This document shows positions 41,665-51,739 of a stretch of DNA of 64,000 nt, piece by piece (position 1 is the first letter of the stretch; every line of letters starts with the position of its first letter). A program made the translations under genes and the position numbers. This DNA comes from Paracoccaceae bacterium (GTDB lineage: Bacteria; Pseudomonadota; Alphaproteobacteria; Rhodobacterales; Rhodobacteraceae). The DNA lies in assembly GCA_902633655.1 (NCBI GenBank), contig CACPHA010000001.1:1263-65262 (forward strand), in the 5' to 3' direction. The notes below the pieces were generated by a model. That model saw nothing but the letters and a program-made list of their open reading frames with translations. It was not told the origin of the DNA and made no database searches.

Positions 41665-42799
41665 CTAAAGCAACCTCTCCAGAGTATTTATAAGTTGATC
41701 AAAATCCTGATCATCATTCCAAAGATGCGGTGTAATGCGAAGCGACCCATTTCGTACAGACAGAAAGACGTTATCTTTTGCTAAAGCGATTAAAAGATCG
41801 TCTCTTGTTTTCTCTGGAATTTGGGCTCCTATAAAATGCGCGCCACGATTTGCAGCTTTGGTCGTTTTTAATCCGAGCGCATCCAACCTCTCACATAGTA
41901 TTGCGTTACGCGATCCTAATGTCTGCTCAATGTTTTCCACCCCCCCAATCAAGCAACTGTTCCAATGCTCGATTAACACCAGGGTTCAGCGCAAAATTTG
42001 CGCGTTCTCCCATATCATAGCGTACAGCACCCAGTTCAAACGTTTCTGGGTTTTCAGTTAGACTTGAAAAATTTCTCCCACCTTTGCGCGTTACCCAACC
42101 TTCTTCCAATGGCCGACCATCCAAATGTTCATCACCCACATAAAGAAATCCCGTTGTATAAGGACACAACATCCATTTGTAATTTGCAACAGCCGCAAAA
42201 TCGGGGCGAATTTTTTGAAAATCGGTAACAAGCGCACCAGCTGACTGTGTTAGGTCCAAAACAAGTGCAGCCCTTACCTCATCGCAATGCCTGCGAATTT
42301 GGATCAGGTCCACATAGGCTCCACTCGTCCATAAAACATTTGGAACAGCAACAATTGCTGTACGGTCATCTATAGATGCAATAAGAACTTCGGTTGCAGC
42401 TTGTCCTTCTGGCACCTCAATTTCATGGAACACACCACCCGTCTCGCGCGCCTTCCGCTTCCAGGGATACGTGTGAGAGGGAAACTGATGGCGCAACGCA
42501 ATAATGCGCTCTCCTGCTTTCAACGATAAATTGTTGGCGGCGGTAGTCAAACCATAGGATGCTGAAGGAGTGATAGAAATATTTTCTGCCGGAACGTTCA
42601 TCATGCGGCCAAAAAGTCTTTTGGACTTATGAACATCCTCAAAAAAATGATCAATGGTTAGGGTCCATGGTCTCGCTTTAAGCCGCACTCCTTCCTCAAC
42701 TGCCTCAACGACAGAATTCATCAAAGGCGACATGTATGCCGTGTTTAAGTAGGCTATACCTTCAGGTAAATCGAAAAGGTGTTTCTGAGATTTTAGCAT
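41665..42799 (-). pseudogene. Class V aminotransferase / cysteine-desulfurase-like gene split by a frameshift in a C7 (G7 on the coding strand) run
   Basis: ORFs 41927..42799 (…NRALEQLLDWGG) and 41665..41979 (…GGVENIEQTLGSRN…) are consecutive parts of one roughly 376-aa protein in different frames. The junction is at the homopolymer 41941..41947. The PLP-lysine region is ANYKWMLCP. Confidence 0.75.
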
Positions 42800-42921
42800 G
42801 GGTGGTAAAGATAATCCAAAATGTTAAGACCATAGTAAATTGACTGGTTAAAGGAATCTAAAAATTTTTTCTATATTAACCACTTGAAGTGCATAAAGAA
42901 ATATTTTTAGGGCACCAAAAC

Positions 42922-44607
42922 TCAAACACCCAAATTGGTTACGTTTGGAGCTTCAAAATCAAATGTCATTTTTGGGCCCTGAGTTGTTTTTTGATCAAGC
43001 AGGAAGCCCTTATAACCGTCTCGTACAATTGAGTTGCAGATCTTGCGGTATGTGACCAGACCTCCGGCATAAGGTGTGAAGACGCGGGGTTTTCCTGGAA
43101 TATTTGCTCCTAAATACCAACTATGCTTCACCTTCGCTAGTAAAGTCGCCTCAGCCGTAGAACGTACATGTTCTGTCCAGTTTTGGGCGGCATGTTCCTC
43201 CGCCTCAATGCGCATATAACCACCTGAAACACAGTACTTGATGCAATCGGTAATCCAATCCACATGCTGTTCAATCGATACCGGCATATTTGACAGCACA
43301 GAGGGACTACCAGGTCCAGTTATTGTGAACAGATTCGGAAACCCGGGAATGGCTAGGCCAAGATAATTCCTCGGACCTTCGGCCCAATACTCCTTTAACG
43401 ATAAGCATGACCCCTCAATATCCAACGACAGTAAAGGACCGGTCATTGCGTCAAATCCCGTTGCAAAAATTATAACATCCAGATCGCGTACATCTCCGCT
43501 TTTCAAGCTGATACCACCAGGAATAATCTCTTTGATGGGATCTGCTTTTAAATTTACGAGTGAAACATTTTCTCTATTAAAGGTTTCAAAATAATTTGTG
43601 TCTATCGGAGGCCTTTTAGCTGCATAGGGATGATCTATATCCGATAGAATTTCGGCTTTATCCGGATCCGTTACTTTCTGACGAATTTTTGATTTTATGA
43701 AGTTTGCAGCTGCTTCATTAGATTTTTCGGACGTCAGAAGATCACTAAAAACACCACGAAATCGCAAACCGCCTTTAGCCCAAGCTGCTTCGAACATATC
43801 GTTACGTTCCTCCTCAGAGACCTCCATAGCTAAATTTCCCGATATTCTAAAAGGGTGCCCATTAGGGGTGGAACGGACTAAAGCTTTTAACTCTTCATAA
43901 TGATTCCGGACCCAGTCTGCATATGTATTGTCCCAAACAGTATTACGTGCCGGGATGGAGTAATTAGCTGTTCTTTGAAAAACGGTAAGATGTTTGCAGG
44001 TCTTAGCTATTTCTGAAGCAACTTGAATCCCGGTTGACCCGGTCCCGATTTGCCCAACTCTTACCCCTGAAAAGTCAACACCTTCCTTTGGCCATTTGCC
44101 GGTATGATAGCAATCACCTTTAAATGAAGCCAATCCTGGAATTTCGGGTACATTTGCTGCAGAAAGGCAGCCTACAGCACTTATTAGCCACTTGGCATAA
44201 AAAACCCTTCCATCTTCGATCCGCACCTGCCAAATTTTATCATCGTCAAAAAAGCGGCAGGCGCTAACCTTAGTATCGAACATTATATCTTTTTTCAGGT
44301 TAAGGGAATCGGCAACATAATTTAAGTATTTTCTTATTTCAGTATGGGCTGGATATCTCTCGGTCCACTGCCATTTTTCATGAAGTTCGCGTGAAAAAAA
44401 ATAGGCATATCCTTGGCTTTCACTGTCACATCTTGCACCTGGGTATCTGTTCCAAAACCAAGTTCCCCCAACACCGCTACCTTTTTCGATCACTAAAGTG
44501 CTCAAACCAAGATCATCGCGTAATCGATGCAACTGATAGAGTCCTGAAAACCCTGCACCAATTACTAGCGCGTCAAAAAAAGTATCTGTTACATTCGTTT
44601 CCATCAT
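42922..44607 (-). CDS. Baeyer-Villiger (flavin-containing, NADPH-dependent) monooxygenase
   Basis: VIGAGFSGLY, GGTWFWNRYPGARCDSES, the BVMO fingerprint FKGDCYHTGKWP, and GTGSTG. Confidence 0.9.
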   Translation of the reverse strand: MMETNVTDTFFDALVIGAGFSGLYQLHRLRDDLGLSTLVIEKGSGVGGTWFWNRYPGARCDSESQGYAYFFSRELHEKWQWTERYPAHTEIRKYLNYVADSLNLKKDIMFDTKVSACRFFDDDKIWQVRIEDGRVFYAKWLISAVGCLSAANVPEIPGLASFKGDCYHTGKWPKEGVDFSGVRVGQIGTGSTGIQVASEIAKTCKHLTVFQRTANYSIPARNTVWDNTYADWVRNHYEELKALVRSTPNGHPFRISGNLAMEVSEEERNDMFEAAWAKGGLRFRGVFSDLLTSEKSNEAAANFIKSKIRQKVTDPDKAEILSDIDHPYAAKRPPIDTNYFETFNRENVSLVNLKADPIKEIIPGGISLKSGDVRDLDVIIFATGFDAMTGPLLSLDIEGSCLSLKEYWAEGPRNYLGLAIPGFPNLFTITGPGSPSVLSNMPVSIEQHVDWITDCIKYCVSGGYMRIEAEEHAAQNWTEHVRSTAEATLLAKVKHSWYLGANIPGKPRVFTPYAGGLVTYRKICNSIVRDGYKGFLLDQKTTQGPKMTFDFEAPNVTNLGV

Positions 44608-44872
44608 GAATTATAATGTAGGGCAAAATCAAATTTTACACGAATGTTATTTTCTTAAATTCTTAGTAAATTTTTGAAAATAAAAATAGCTTTACAAACA
44701 AATCTTCTAACGTCTGTGTTGCTGCATTTCGGTTGTCAATAAGGTAGCACCTTGATTTTTTCATGCATTATGCTGACAAATTAAAGATCTAGTTTTCAGA
44801 ACAAAAAGATTAGCACTTTGCCAGCACTCGCAAAAAAAATTTGCAAGTACAGTCAAGTGGTATGGTTTGTTC

Positions 44873-44900
44873 AAAAAAAGCCAGAAGATTCTCTTCTAGC
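44873..44900 (-). terminator. Rho-independent terminator downstream of pepT
   Basis: The minus strand reads GCTAGAAGA-GAA-TCTTCTGGC followed by TTTTTTT. That is a 9-bp stem with one G-U pair and a 3-nt loop, about 70 nt after the pepT stop. Confidence 0.7.
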
Positions 44901-44971
44901 CATGTCAGTGGCCTAACTAGAAGGGGATTTTGCAAACGCAGTGCACCATTTAGGTGACTTGGTATATTTGA

Positions 44972-46195
44972 TCAACCTTCAGCAATCTTCAACATTAGTT
45001 GAGTGGCAAGGCGCATATCCTGAACCGAAATCCATTCCAACGGTCCATGAATATTTTGCATTCCAGTGAAAAGGTTGGGGGTGGGCACACCAAGCTCCGT
45101 GAGGCGCGATCCATCCGTACCACCGCGGATAGGTGCCGAAACAGTTTCTATTCCCAGAGCCTCTGCTGCATCGCGTGCCTTTTCTACAGGTGTCATATTT
45201 TCCTCCAACCAATAACGCATATTGCGATATTGAGGCGATATTTCGCAAACTATTTCAGCACGAGTCTCAGTTGCTTGCACGGCATCACAAACTGTACGTA
45301 AAAGCTCTCCTTTTTGGACCAATCCGTCCAGTTCAAAGTCTCTTATTATGAATTTAAGTTCCATTTCCGAAGAGCCCCCGTTCATATCCGTGAGGTGGAT
45401 AAACCCTTCTCTACCTGACGTTGTTTCCGGTGTCATTGTCGTCTGAGGTAGTGTTTGTAGGATTTTTGCTGCCAGATGCGCAGCATTCACAAGTTTTTCT
45501 TTGGCTAATCCAGGGTGTACTGATACACCTCTAATTTTAACAACTCCACGGTCAGCTGAGAACGTCTCGTATTCAATCTCACCCACTGCGCCTCCATCGA
45601 AGGTATAAGCGAAATCAGCTTTCAAATCTTTGGGTAAATCTTCATTGACCCCACGGCCAATTTCCTCATCAGGGGTGAAAGCGATCCGGATAGGCCCTCG
45701 GATATTACTAGGCTTACTCAATAAATGTCTTGCAGCGGCCATAATAATTGATACGCCGGCCTTATCATCGGCCCCAAGAAGAGTAGTGCCAGAAGCAGTC
45801 ACAATGTCATGGCCTTGCTTAGTAGCAAGATAAGGGTTTTCCTCCGGACTGAGTGTCAAGTCAGGCGCATCCGGAAAAGAAATATCACCACCGTTGTAAC
45901 CTTTTACAACACGAGGCTTTACACCGCTAGCAGCAAACTGCGGAGCTGTATCAACATGAGCTAGGAATGCTATAGTCGGTTTATCAATGTTGCCAGGGAT
46001 CGTTGCCAGAACAGTTCCATAATCCGTCAACTCAACATCACTTGCACCTATATCCTCTAACTCTTTTTGAAGAAGTTCCAGAAGGTCTAACTGGACGGTT
46101 GTACTTGGTTTCGATTGCGAGTTTTCTTCACTTTGTGTTTCGATGGCAGTGTATCGCACGAGACGTGCCTGTAGCTCTGAGTCTAACTCTTTCAC
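44972..46195 (-). CDS. pepT: Peptidase T (tripeptide aminopeptidase, M20B)
   Basis: RLVRYTAIETQS, AHVDTAP, GADDKAG and FTPDEEIG motifs. GTG 46195 has AAGGAG 5 nt upstream and gives 407 aa. The longest ORF starts at ATG 46246. Confidence 0.9.
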   Translation of the reverse strand: MKELDSELQARLVRYTAIETQSEENSQSKPSTTVQLDLLELLQKELEDIGASDVELTDYGTVLATIPGNIDKPTIAFLAHVDTAPQFAASGVKPRVVKGYNGGDISFPDAPDLTLSPEENPYLATKQGHDIVTASGTTLLGADDKAGVSIIMAAARHLLSKPSNIRGPIRIAFTPDEEIGRGVNEDLPKDLKADFAYTFDGGAVGEIEYETFSADRGVVKIRGVSVHPGLAKEKLVNAAHLAAKILQTLPQTTMTPETTSGREGFIHLTDMNGGSSEMELKFIIRDFELDGLVQKGELLRTVCDAVQATETRAEIVCEISPQYRNMRYWLEENMTPVEKARDAAEALGIETVSAPIRGGTDGSRLTELGVPTPNLFTGMQNIHGPLEWISVQDMRLATQLMLKIAEG

Positions 46196-46318
46196 CTTAG
46201 CTCCTTTCAGTTTTTCCAATTCAAAGTCGATAAAACTAAGCAACATTTAACAAAGTTGACAGATGTCCCAACATGCATAACATTTTATAAATCGAATTTA
46301 AAATTTTTTAGGAATATT

Positions 46319-48424
46319 ATGTCAATTCAGCTCATAGGCTACTCTGATAAATTATCAGGTCGTGCAGGGGATACAATAAATTTTAAAGTCTCCAACAAAT
46401 TATCAAAACCCGTCACGGCTTCGCTAAAACGCTCCATATCAGCTGACCCAAACCCTAAAGGCCTAGGCATTTTAGAAACAGCGTGTGATCACTTATTTCC
46501 GGAACTTACCTTTTTAGCAGAACATCAAACTTTTCATCCAGGGTCTTTTGCCCAAACCGAAGAAAGATTAAAAACAAAAGAACTTAAAGAACTTGATATT
46601 TCAATTAGTCTCTATCCCACGATTTTACGACATAACTCTCAAACAATAGTCGCTTGGGGAGATATAGAAATAGAATTGACTTCCAGTGGGGAAATAGAAT
46701 TCTCCGTAAGTGACCGAAAAGTAATCAGCTCTCGACCACTATCTCTCAATCGTTGGTATAGGCTGAGTGCTAATCTGAGAGCCCATGATGTATTAACACT
46801 TTGCATAACTGAACTTCGAGGAGATCCAAGCGAAAAAAAATTAACAAGCAGCGTTACTGATGGGTTTCCAACGAAAGTCCCTGTAATTAATGCTCACTTT
46901 TGTTTAGCTGCATCCAGAAAAAACGGTATCGCAAGCCACCATTTCAATGGTAGACTTGAGGCACCACGCATAAGTTTTGACGGCCTAAAGACTTTTGAAT
47001 GGGATTTCTCAAAAGACATCCATCGCAAAGAAATTAAAAGTCATTTTGGACCATGTCTCAGGTTAATAAATGAACCTACTAGAGCTGTTTGTGGCAGCAC
47101 ATGGAATGGAAGCGAGTTCAATTGGAAACATAAACCTGACCATTATGCAGCAATACATTTTAATGAAGATGATATTTATGATTTTGGTTGGAAGGATAAT
47201 TTCTCCTGGAAAATTCCAAACCAAACACCTTCGGGAATTTACGTAATGCGAATTGAAAGTAACGGGCACGAAGACGCAATGCCAATATTTGTTTGTCCAC
47301 CTAAGGGTTTCAAGCAATCTAAACTTTGCCTGTTGGTATCAACTTTTACCTACGCGATTTACGGCAATCATGCACGTCCAGATTATGACTCTTCTTGGCA
47401 AAAACGTATTGAAGAATGGAAGGCATATCCACATAATCCGGCAGAAAACCCCGAATACGGGTTATCAACCTATAATACGCATCCTGATGGAAATGGCATC
47501 TGCCATGCATCACATAAAAGACCGCTTTTTAATCTCAGACCTGGTTATATCACATTTGGAGCTGCATCGTGTTCAGGTCTTCGCCATTTTCAAGCAGATA
47601 GCCATCTTGTTTCATGGCTTCACAATTATGGAATTGATTACGATGTTATTACGGATGATGAATTAGATAGAGAGGGTATAGAAGTAATCTCGGGTTACTC
47701 AGCAGTAGCAACAGGTTCTCACCCTGAATATCATACAGCTAACACCCTTGACGCCTTAACGGCTTACAGAGACTTGGGCGGAAACTTAATGTATCTAGGT
47801 GGGAATGGCTTTTACTGGCGCATAGCAAGACATCAACAGGATCCGGATCTTTTAGAAATTCGTAGAGCGGAAGATGGCTTGAGAGCCTGGGCCTCTAAAC
47901 CAGGTGAGTATTACCATGCTTTTGATGGCGCTTACGGTGGGCTTTGGAGAAGAAATGGCCGAGCGCCACAAAAGCTTGTAGGCATTGGTTTTACGGCACA
48001 GGGAGTTTTCGAGGGCATGCCTTACAAACGTGTATGCTTTGATGCCGACTTCGATTGGGTCTTTGAAGGTATCGAAGATGGACCAATTGGTGATTTTGGC
48101 TTTAGTGGCAATGGTGCAGCAGGGTTTGAGCTTGATCGTGTTGACGCCACTTTATCAAGCGATCATGAGATCACAATCTTGGCTCAGGCGTATGGAAACA
48201 GCTTTATGCTCGTTCCAGAAGAACAACTGACACATCTTACGAATTTATCAGGAGGCGATGAAGTAGACGCTAAACGATCGGACATGGTCTATTTTCGTAC
48301 CGAAACAGGTGGGCAAGTATTTTCGGTTGGATCCATTACATTTTGCGGTAGCTTACCGTGGAATCAATTTGATAATAACGTGTCTCGCCTACTCTATAAT
48401 GTGATGAAAAGGTTTATGTTGTAA
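46319..48424 (+). CDS. N,N-dimethylformamidase large (beta) subunit family protein, substrate unknown
   Basis: 701 aa from ATG 46319 (MSIQLIGYSDKLSGRAGDTINFKVS). The central and C-terminal segments (GSHPEYHT, GAAGFELDRVD, FSVGSITFCGSLPWNQFDNNVSRLL) resemble the DMFase large subunit as I recall it. Family call is from memory, not a search. Confidence 0.6.
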   Translation: MSIQLIGYSDKLSGRAGDTINFKVSNKLSKPVTASLKRSISADPNPKGLGILETACDHLFPELTFLAEHQTFHPGSFAQTEERLKTKELKELDISISLYPTILRHNSQTIVAWGDIEIELTSSGEIEFSVSDRKVISSRPLSLNRWYRLSANLRAHDVLTLCITELRGDPSEKKLTSSVTDGFPTKVPVINAHFCLAASRKNGIASHHFNGRLEAPRISFDGLKTFEWDFSKDIHRKEIKSHFGPCLRLINEPTRAVCGSTWNGSEFNWKHKPDHYAAIHFNEDDIYDFGWKDNFSWKIPNQTPSGIYVMRIESNGHEDAMPIFVCPPKGFKQSKLCLLVSTFTYAIYGNHARPDYDSSWQKRIEEWKAYPHNPAENPEYGLSTYNTHPDGNGICHASHKRPLFNLRPGYITFGAASCSGLRHFQADSHLVSWLHNYGIDYDVITDDELDREGIEVISGYSAVATGSHPEYHTANTLDALTAYRDLGGNLMYLGGNGFYWRIARHQQDPDLLEIRRAEDGLRAWASKPGEYYHAFDGAYGGLWRRNGRAPQKLVGIGFTAQGVFEGMPYKRVCFDADFDWVFEGIEDGPIGDFGFSGNGAAGFELDRVDATLSSDHEITILAQAYGNSFMLVPEEQLTHLTNLSGGDEVDAKRSDMVYFRTETGGQVFSVGSITFCGSLPWNQFDNNVSRLLYNVMKRFML

Positions 48425-48701
48425 TCAGTCGCACTATTCTTGTTACTTAGCATTCCCGTTTGACTTCAATCGCTTTTAGCCCTGACGGGGTGGGTGTTTG
48501 CAAAACAAAAATTTTCAAAAACACTGACTTCTTAGATTTTATCGTCTTGCTATTGCTTTGAACGCAAAAATGCGGAGTTATCATTCCAAAGTACGAAATT
48601 TTTCTGGTGCCTTCAGAATAATGAATGCACAGTTTGGATGCAAAATACGATTCGCCCAGACAAAGCTTGTCCGGACTTAAATGAAAATAAGGGAGGTTAT
48701 C

Positions 48702-49892
48702 ATGATTAGAAGGTCAGTTTTAGCGCTGGCATCAGCGGTTATTTTGGCTACTACTTCTGCGTTTGCAGAAGGCGTCATTAAACTCGGAGCTATTTCTCCG
48801 AAAACCGGGCCACTTGCCGGTGGTGCAGTTGTAACACAATGGCCGAACATTCAGCTTTGGGTCGAACAGGTAAACGCTGTCGGTGGGCTAAATGTTGGTG
48901 GTGAAATGATGACCATCGATTTGATCGAATATGACGATAAGACCAACCCAGGTGAACATATCAAATTAGCCCAGCGCCTGGCGACTCAAGATAAAGTTGA
49001 TTTTGTTGTGGCCCCTTACGGAACGGGCTTCAATATAGCAAGTGCTCCTATTTACGGAAAATTTGGCTATCCAATGATCGCCGTTTCTGCAATTACCGAT
49101 AAGGTGGATGAACTGACAGGCCGCTATCCAAACCTTTTTTTCACGCTCGGCACCACGACCGCTTTTGTTGAAGGGGTTAAGTCAATTCTGATGGAACAAC
49201 GTGACGCAGGCGCAATTGGCAACGAAATAGCAATGGTTAATGTTGCTGATGCGTTTGGCATTGAACTCGCGGATAAGGCACGTGAACTTTTCACCGCAGA
49301 AGGTTTCAAAATAGTCTACGATAAATCTTATCCACTTGGCACGCCTGACCTTTCACCGGTTATGAAAGGGGCAAAAGACAGCGGTGCAAAAGCTTTTATT
49401 GCTTGGTCTTACCCGCCTGACAGCTTTGGCCTTGCAGAACAGGCTATAATCGAAGACCTGGATGTGAACGTATACTACTCCGCCGTTGCAACCAGCTTCC
49501 CTGCATTTAGTAATGCGTTTGGGTCCAAGATTAATAATGTCCTTGGAGCAGGTGGTACCAATGTAGATGATCCAAAGATTGCAGAATATCGCGAGGCCCA
49601 CTTGAAAATTACTGGTAAAGTTGCTGATTATTGGGCTTCAGCCAACACCTATGCAGCCTTACAGATACTCGAACAGGCAATTGTTGGAGCTGCAACTTTG
49701 GATCGCGAAGTAGTGACGCAATATATTAAGGACAATACTTTCGATACAGTCATGGGTGACCTCAACTTCAAGAACAACTTTTCCAATACCTTCTGGTCTG
49801 TGGGCCAGTGGCAGGATGGCGTCTTCCGCGGTGTGAAAGGCTCTAACGTTGATGGCGCAGTTGATGTCCGTCTGAAAGACGGATGGAAATAA
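48702..49892 (+). CDS. ABC importer substrate-binding protein (LivK/AmiC type 1 periplasmic binding fold)
   Basis: Signal peptide MIRRSVLALASAVILATTSAFAEG, then IKLGAISPKTGPLAGG. GGGAGG lies 5 nt upstream of ATG 48702. Confidence 0.85.
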   Translation: MIRRSVLALASAVILATTSAFAEGVIKLGAISPKTGPLAGGAVVTQWPNIQLWVEQVNAVGGLNVGGEMMTIDLIEYDDKTNPGEHIKLAQRLATQDKVDFVVAPYGTGFNIASAPIYGKFGYPMIAVSAITDKVDELTGRYPNLFFTLGTTTAFVEGVKSILMEQRDAGAIGNEIAMVNVADAFGIELADKARELFTAEGFKIVYDKSYPLGTPDLSPVMKGAKDSGAKAFIAWSYPPDSFGLAEQAIIEDLDVNVYYSAVATSFPAFSNAFGSKINNVLGAGGTNVDDPKIAEYREAHLKITGKVADYWASANTYAALQILEQAIVGAATLDREVVTQYIKDNTFDTVMGDLNFKNNFSNTFWSVGQWQDGVFRGVKGSNVDGAVDVRLKDGWK

Positions 49893-49907
49893 TCCTCTAA
49901 ACTCTCC

Positions 49908-49926
49908 CGGCGCGCGTGCCGCGCCG
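49908..49926 (+). promoter_or_regulatory. GC-rich intercistronic hairpin between the binding-protein and permease genes
   Basis: CGGCGCG (49908..49914) pairs with CGCGCCG (49920..49926), with a 5-nt loop. It overlaps the longest-ORF GTG start of the permease. Confidence 0.4.
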
Positions 49927-49943
49927 TGAGCTGGCTACTACCC

Positions 49944-50810
49944 ATGATAGATATTCTTATTTCTGGCCTGCTTTTGTCCGGCACTTATGCACTTGTAGCC
50001 ATGGGCTTAAATTTGCAGTACGGCGTTGCCCGGATTATGAACCTAGCCAACGGAGAGGTTTTGGTCTTAGGCGCGCTCGCAGCCTTCTGGCTTTATACCA
50101 CTAGCCAAGTGAGCCCACTTTTAACAGTAATCCTTGTGATCCCTGTCAGTTTTACAGGTAATTGGATAATCTATCGATTTTTGCTAACTCCGTTAGTTAA
50201 GCGTTCAAAAACTCAAGGCGCTCTCGAGGTTGATAGCATCCTTGCAACATTTGGACTGTCCTTTATCATAATTGGGATCATAGTTTCGATAGAAGGCGGT
50301 TTCTTTGCTTATAAATACCTTTCAGAACCCATACGAATCCTTGGATCAACAACTTCATTAAACCGCTTATTGGCTTTCCTAGTAGCAGCCCTTATCGGAG
50401 TGGCACTTTACCTTTGGCTTAATTTTTCGCGCCCCGGCGTTGCGGTCCGGGCAGTTGCCGTTTCAACCGAGGCTTCCGGTCTCGTTGGCATCAATGTGCC
50501 CCGCGTATCAGCTATTGCATTTGCCCTTGGCGGCACCATTACGGCGGTTGGTGGTGCACTTATTTCAACATTCATCACACTTGATGCTTCAATGGGTGTC
50601 GTCTTTACCCTGAAAGCGCTAATAATCGTAATTATGGGAGGCGTGGGTGAGATTCGTGGATCAATAATCGCGGCAGGTATTCTTGGTGTTGTTGAAACAG
50701 GTGTAGCTACTTTGGTCGATCCAGGCTTAACATTGGCATCAGCATACTTAATTTTTGTTTTAATTCTTCTTTTCCGCCCACAAGGGTTGTTTGGGAAGCA
50801 CACCACATGA
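49944..50810 (+). CDS. Branched-chain-amino-acid-type ABC permease (LivH-like)
   Basis: MIDILISGLLLSGTYALVAMGLNLQYG is a typical LivH N-terminus. The track start GTG 49926 lies inside the hairpin. Confidence 0.85.
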   Translation: MIDILISGLLLSGTYALVAMGLNLQYGVARIMNLANGEVLVLGALAAFWLYTTSQVSPLLTVILVIPVSFTGNWIIYRFLLTPLVKRSKTQGALEVDSILATFGLSFIIIGIIVSIEGGFFAYKYLSEPIRILGSTTSLNRLLAFLVAALIGVALYLWLNFSRPGVAVRAVAVSTEASGLVGINVPRVSAIAFALGGTITAVGGALISTFITLDASMGVVFTLKALIIVIMGGVGEIRGSIIAAGILGVVETGVATLVDPGLTLASAYLIFVLILLFRPQGLFGKHTT

Positions 50811-51739
50811 AACGGTCAAATTGGCAAGAACTGATTTGGGCAGCGGTTATCACCATCCTGGCTGCCTTTTGGCCTATGCTTGCTAACGGATACTGGCTCG
50901 GAATCGGGGTCGATGTGATGATGTATGTTGCTCTGGCTACTTCGTGGGTACTGTTCTCCGGGCCTACTCATTATATAAGCCTCGCTTCGGCTGCTTTCTT
51001 TGGTGTTGGCGGTTTCATTGTTGGAACTGGAATGAGCGACTACGGCACTTCTTTTTGGTCGATGCTCGCGCTTTCAGCTGTGGTTGGAGCAATACTTGCT
51101 GCACTTATCGGACTTGCGACCCTACGCCTTTCGGGGGTCTACTTTGTCATTTTTACTCTTGGTCTAGCTGAGATGATTCGCAATCTCGTCTCCTGGGTTC
51201 AAAACAATTTTCTCGGCTCGCGCGGCCTTTACGTACTGACAGATTTTAGCGACGAACATCTTTTCTGGATGTTGTTAGTCACTTCTTGCTCAATATATCT
51301 GGTAGGTTGGATAATCTCACGCTCCCGATTGGGCTTTGCAATGCGCATTATTGGGGGTAATGAAACTGTAGCGCGTCACGTTGGCATCAACACATCCATG
51401 GCAAAAGTGATCCTTTTCACCACCACGGGTCTCTTTGGAGCTATCGTTGGCGCAATCATTGCCCCACGCTGGAGTTATATCGAACCTAACCAGGTCTTTT
51501 CACCGCAACTGAGCTTTTTCGTCGTAATAATGGCCCTCCTCGGTGGATCAGGCCGTCTTTGGGGCCCAGTAGTTGGCGTTATTCCCTTCCTTCTCATCTG
51601 GAATTGGGTTGACGCAAATTTCCCCAACCAATCAATCCTAGTATTAGGTCTCGCTTTCCTATTGATCGTTTACGCATTACCGAATGGTTTTGTGGGCAGA
51701 ATTGAGGATCTTCATAATAAAATGAAAAGGCACTCATGA
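50807..51739 (+). CDS. Branched-chain-amino-acid-type ABC permease (LivM-like)
   Basis: 310 aa, hydrophobic. ATGA overlaps at both ends. Confidence 0.85.
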   Translation: MKRSNWQELIWAAVITILAAFWPMLANGYWLGIGVDVMMYVALATSWVLFSGPTHYISLASAAFFGVGGFIVGTGMSDYGTSFWSMLALSAVVGAILAALIGLATLRLSGVYFVIFTLGLAEMIRNLVSWVQNNFLGSRGLYVLTDFSDEHLFWMLLVTSCSIYLVGWIISRSRLGFAMRIIGGNETVARHVGINTSMAKVILFTTTGLFGAIVGAIIAPRWSYIEPNQVFSPQLSFFVVIMALLGGSGRLWGPVVGVIPFLLIWNWVDANFPNQSILVLGLAFLLIVYALPNGFVGRIEDLHNKMKRHS

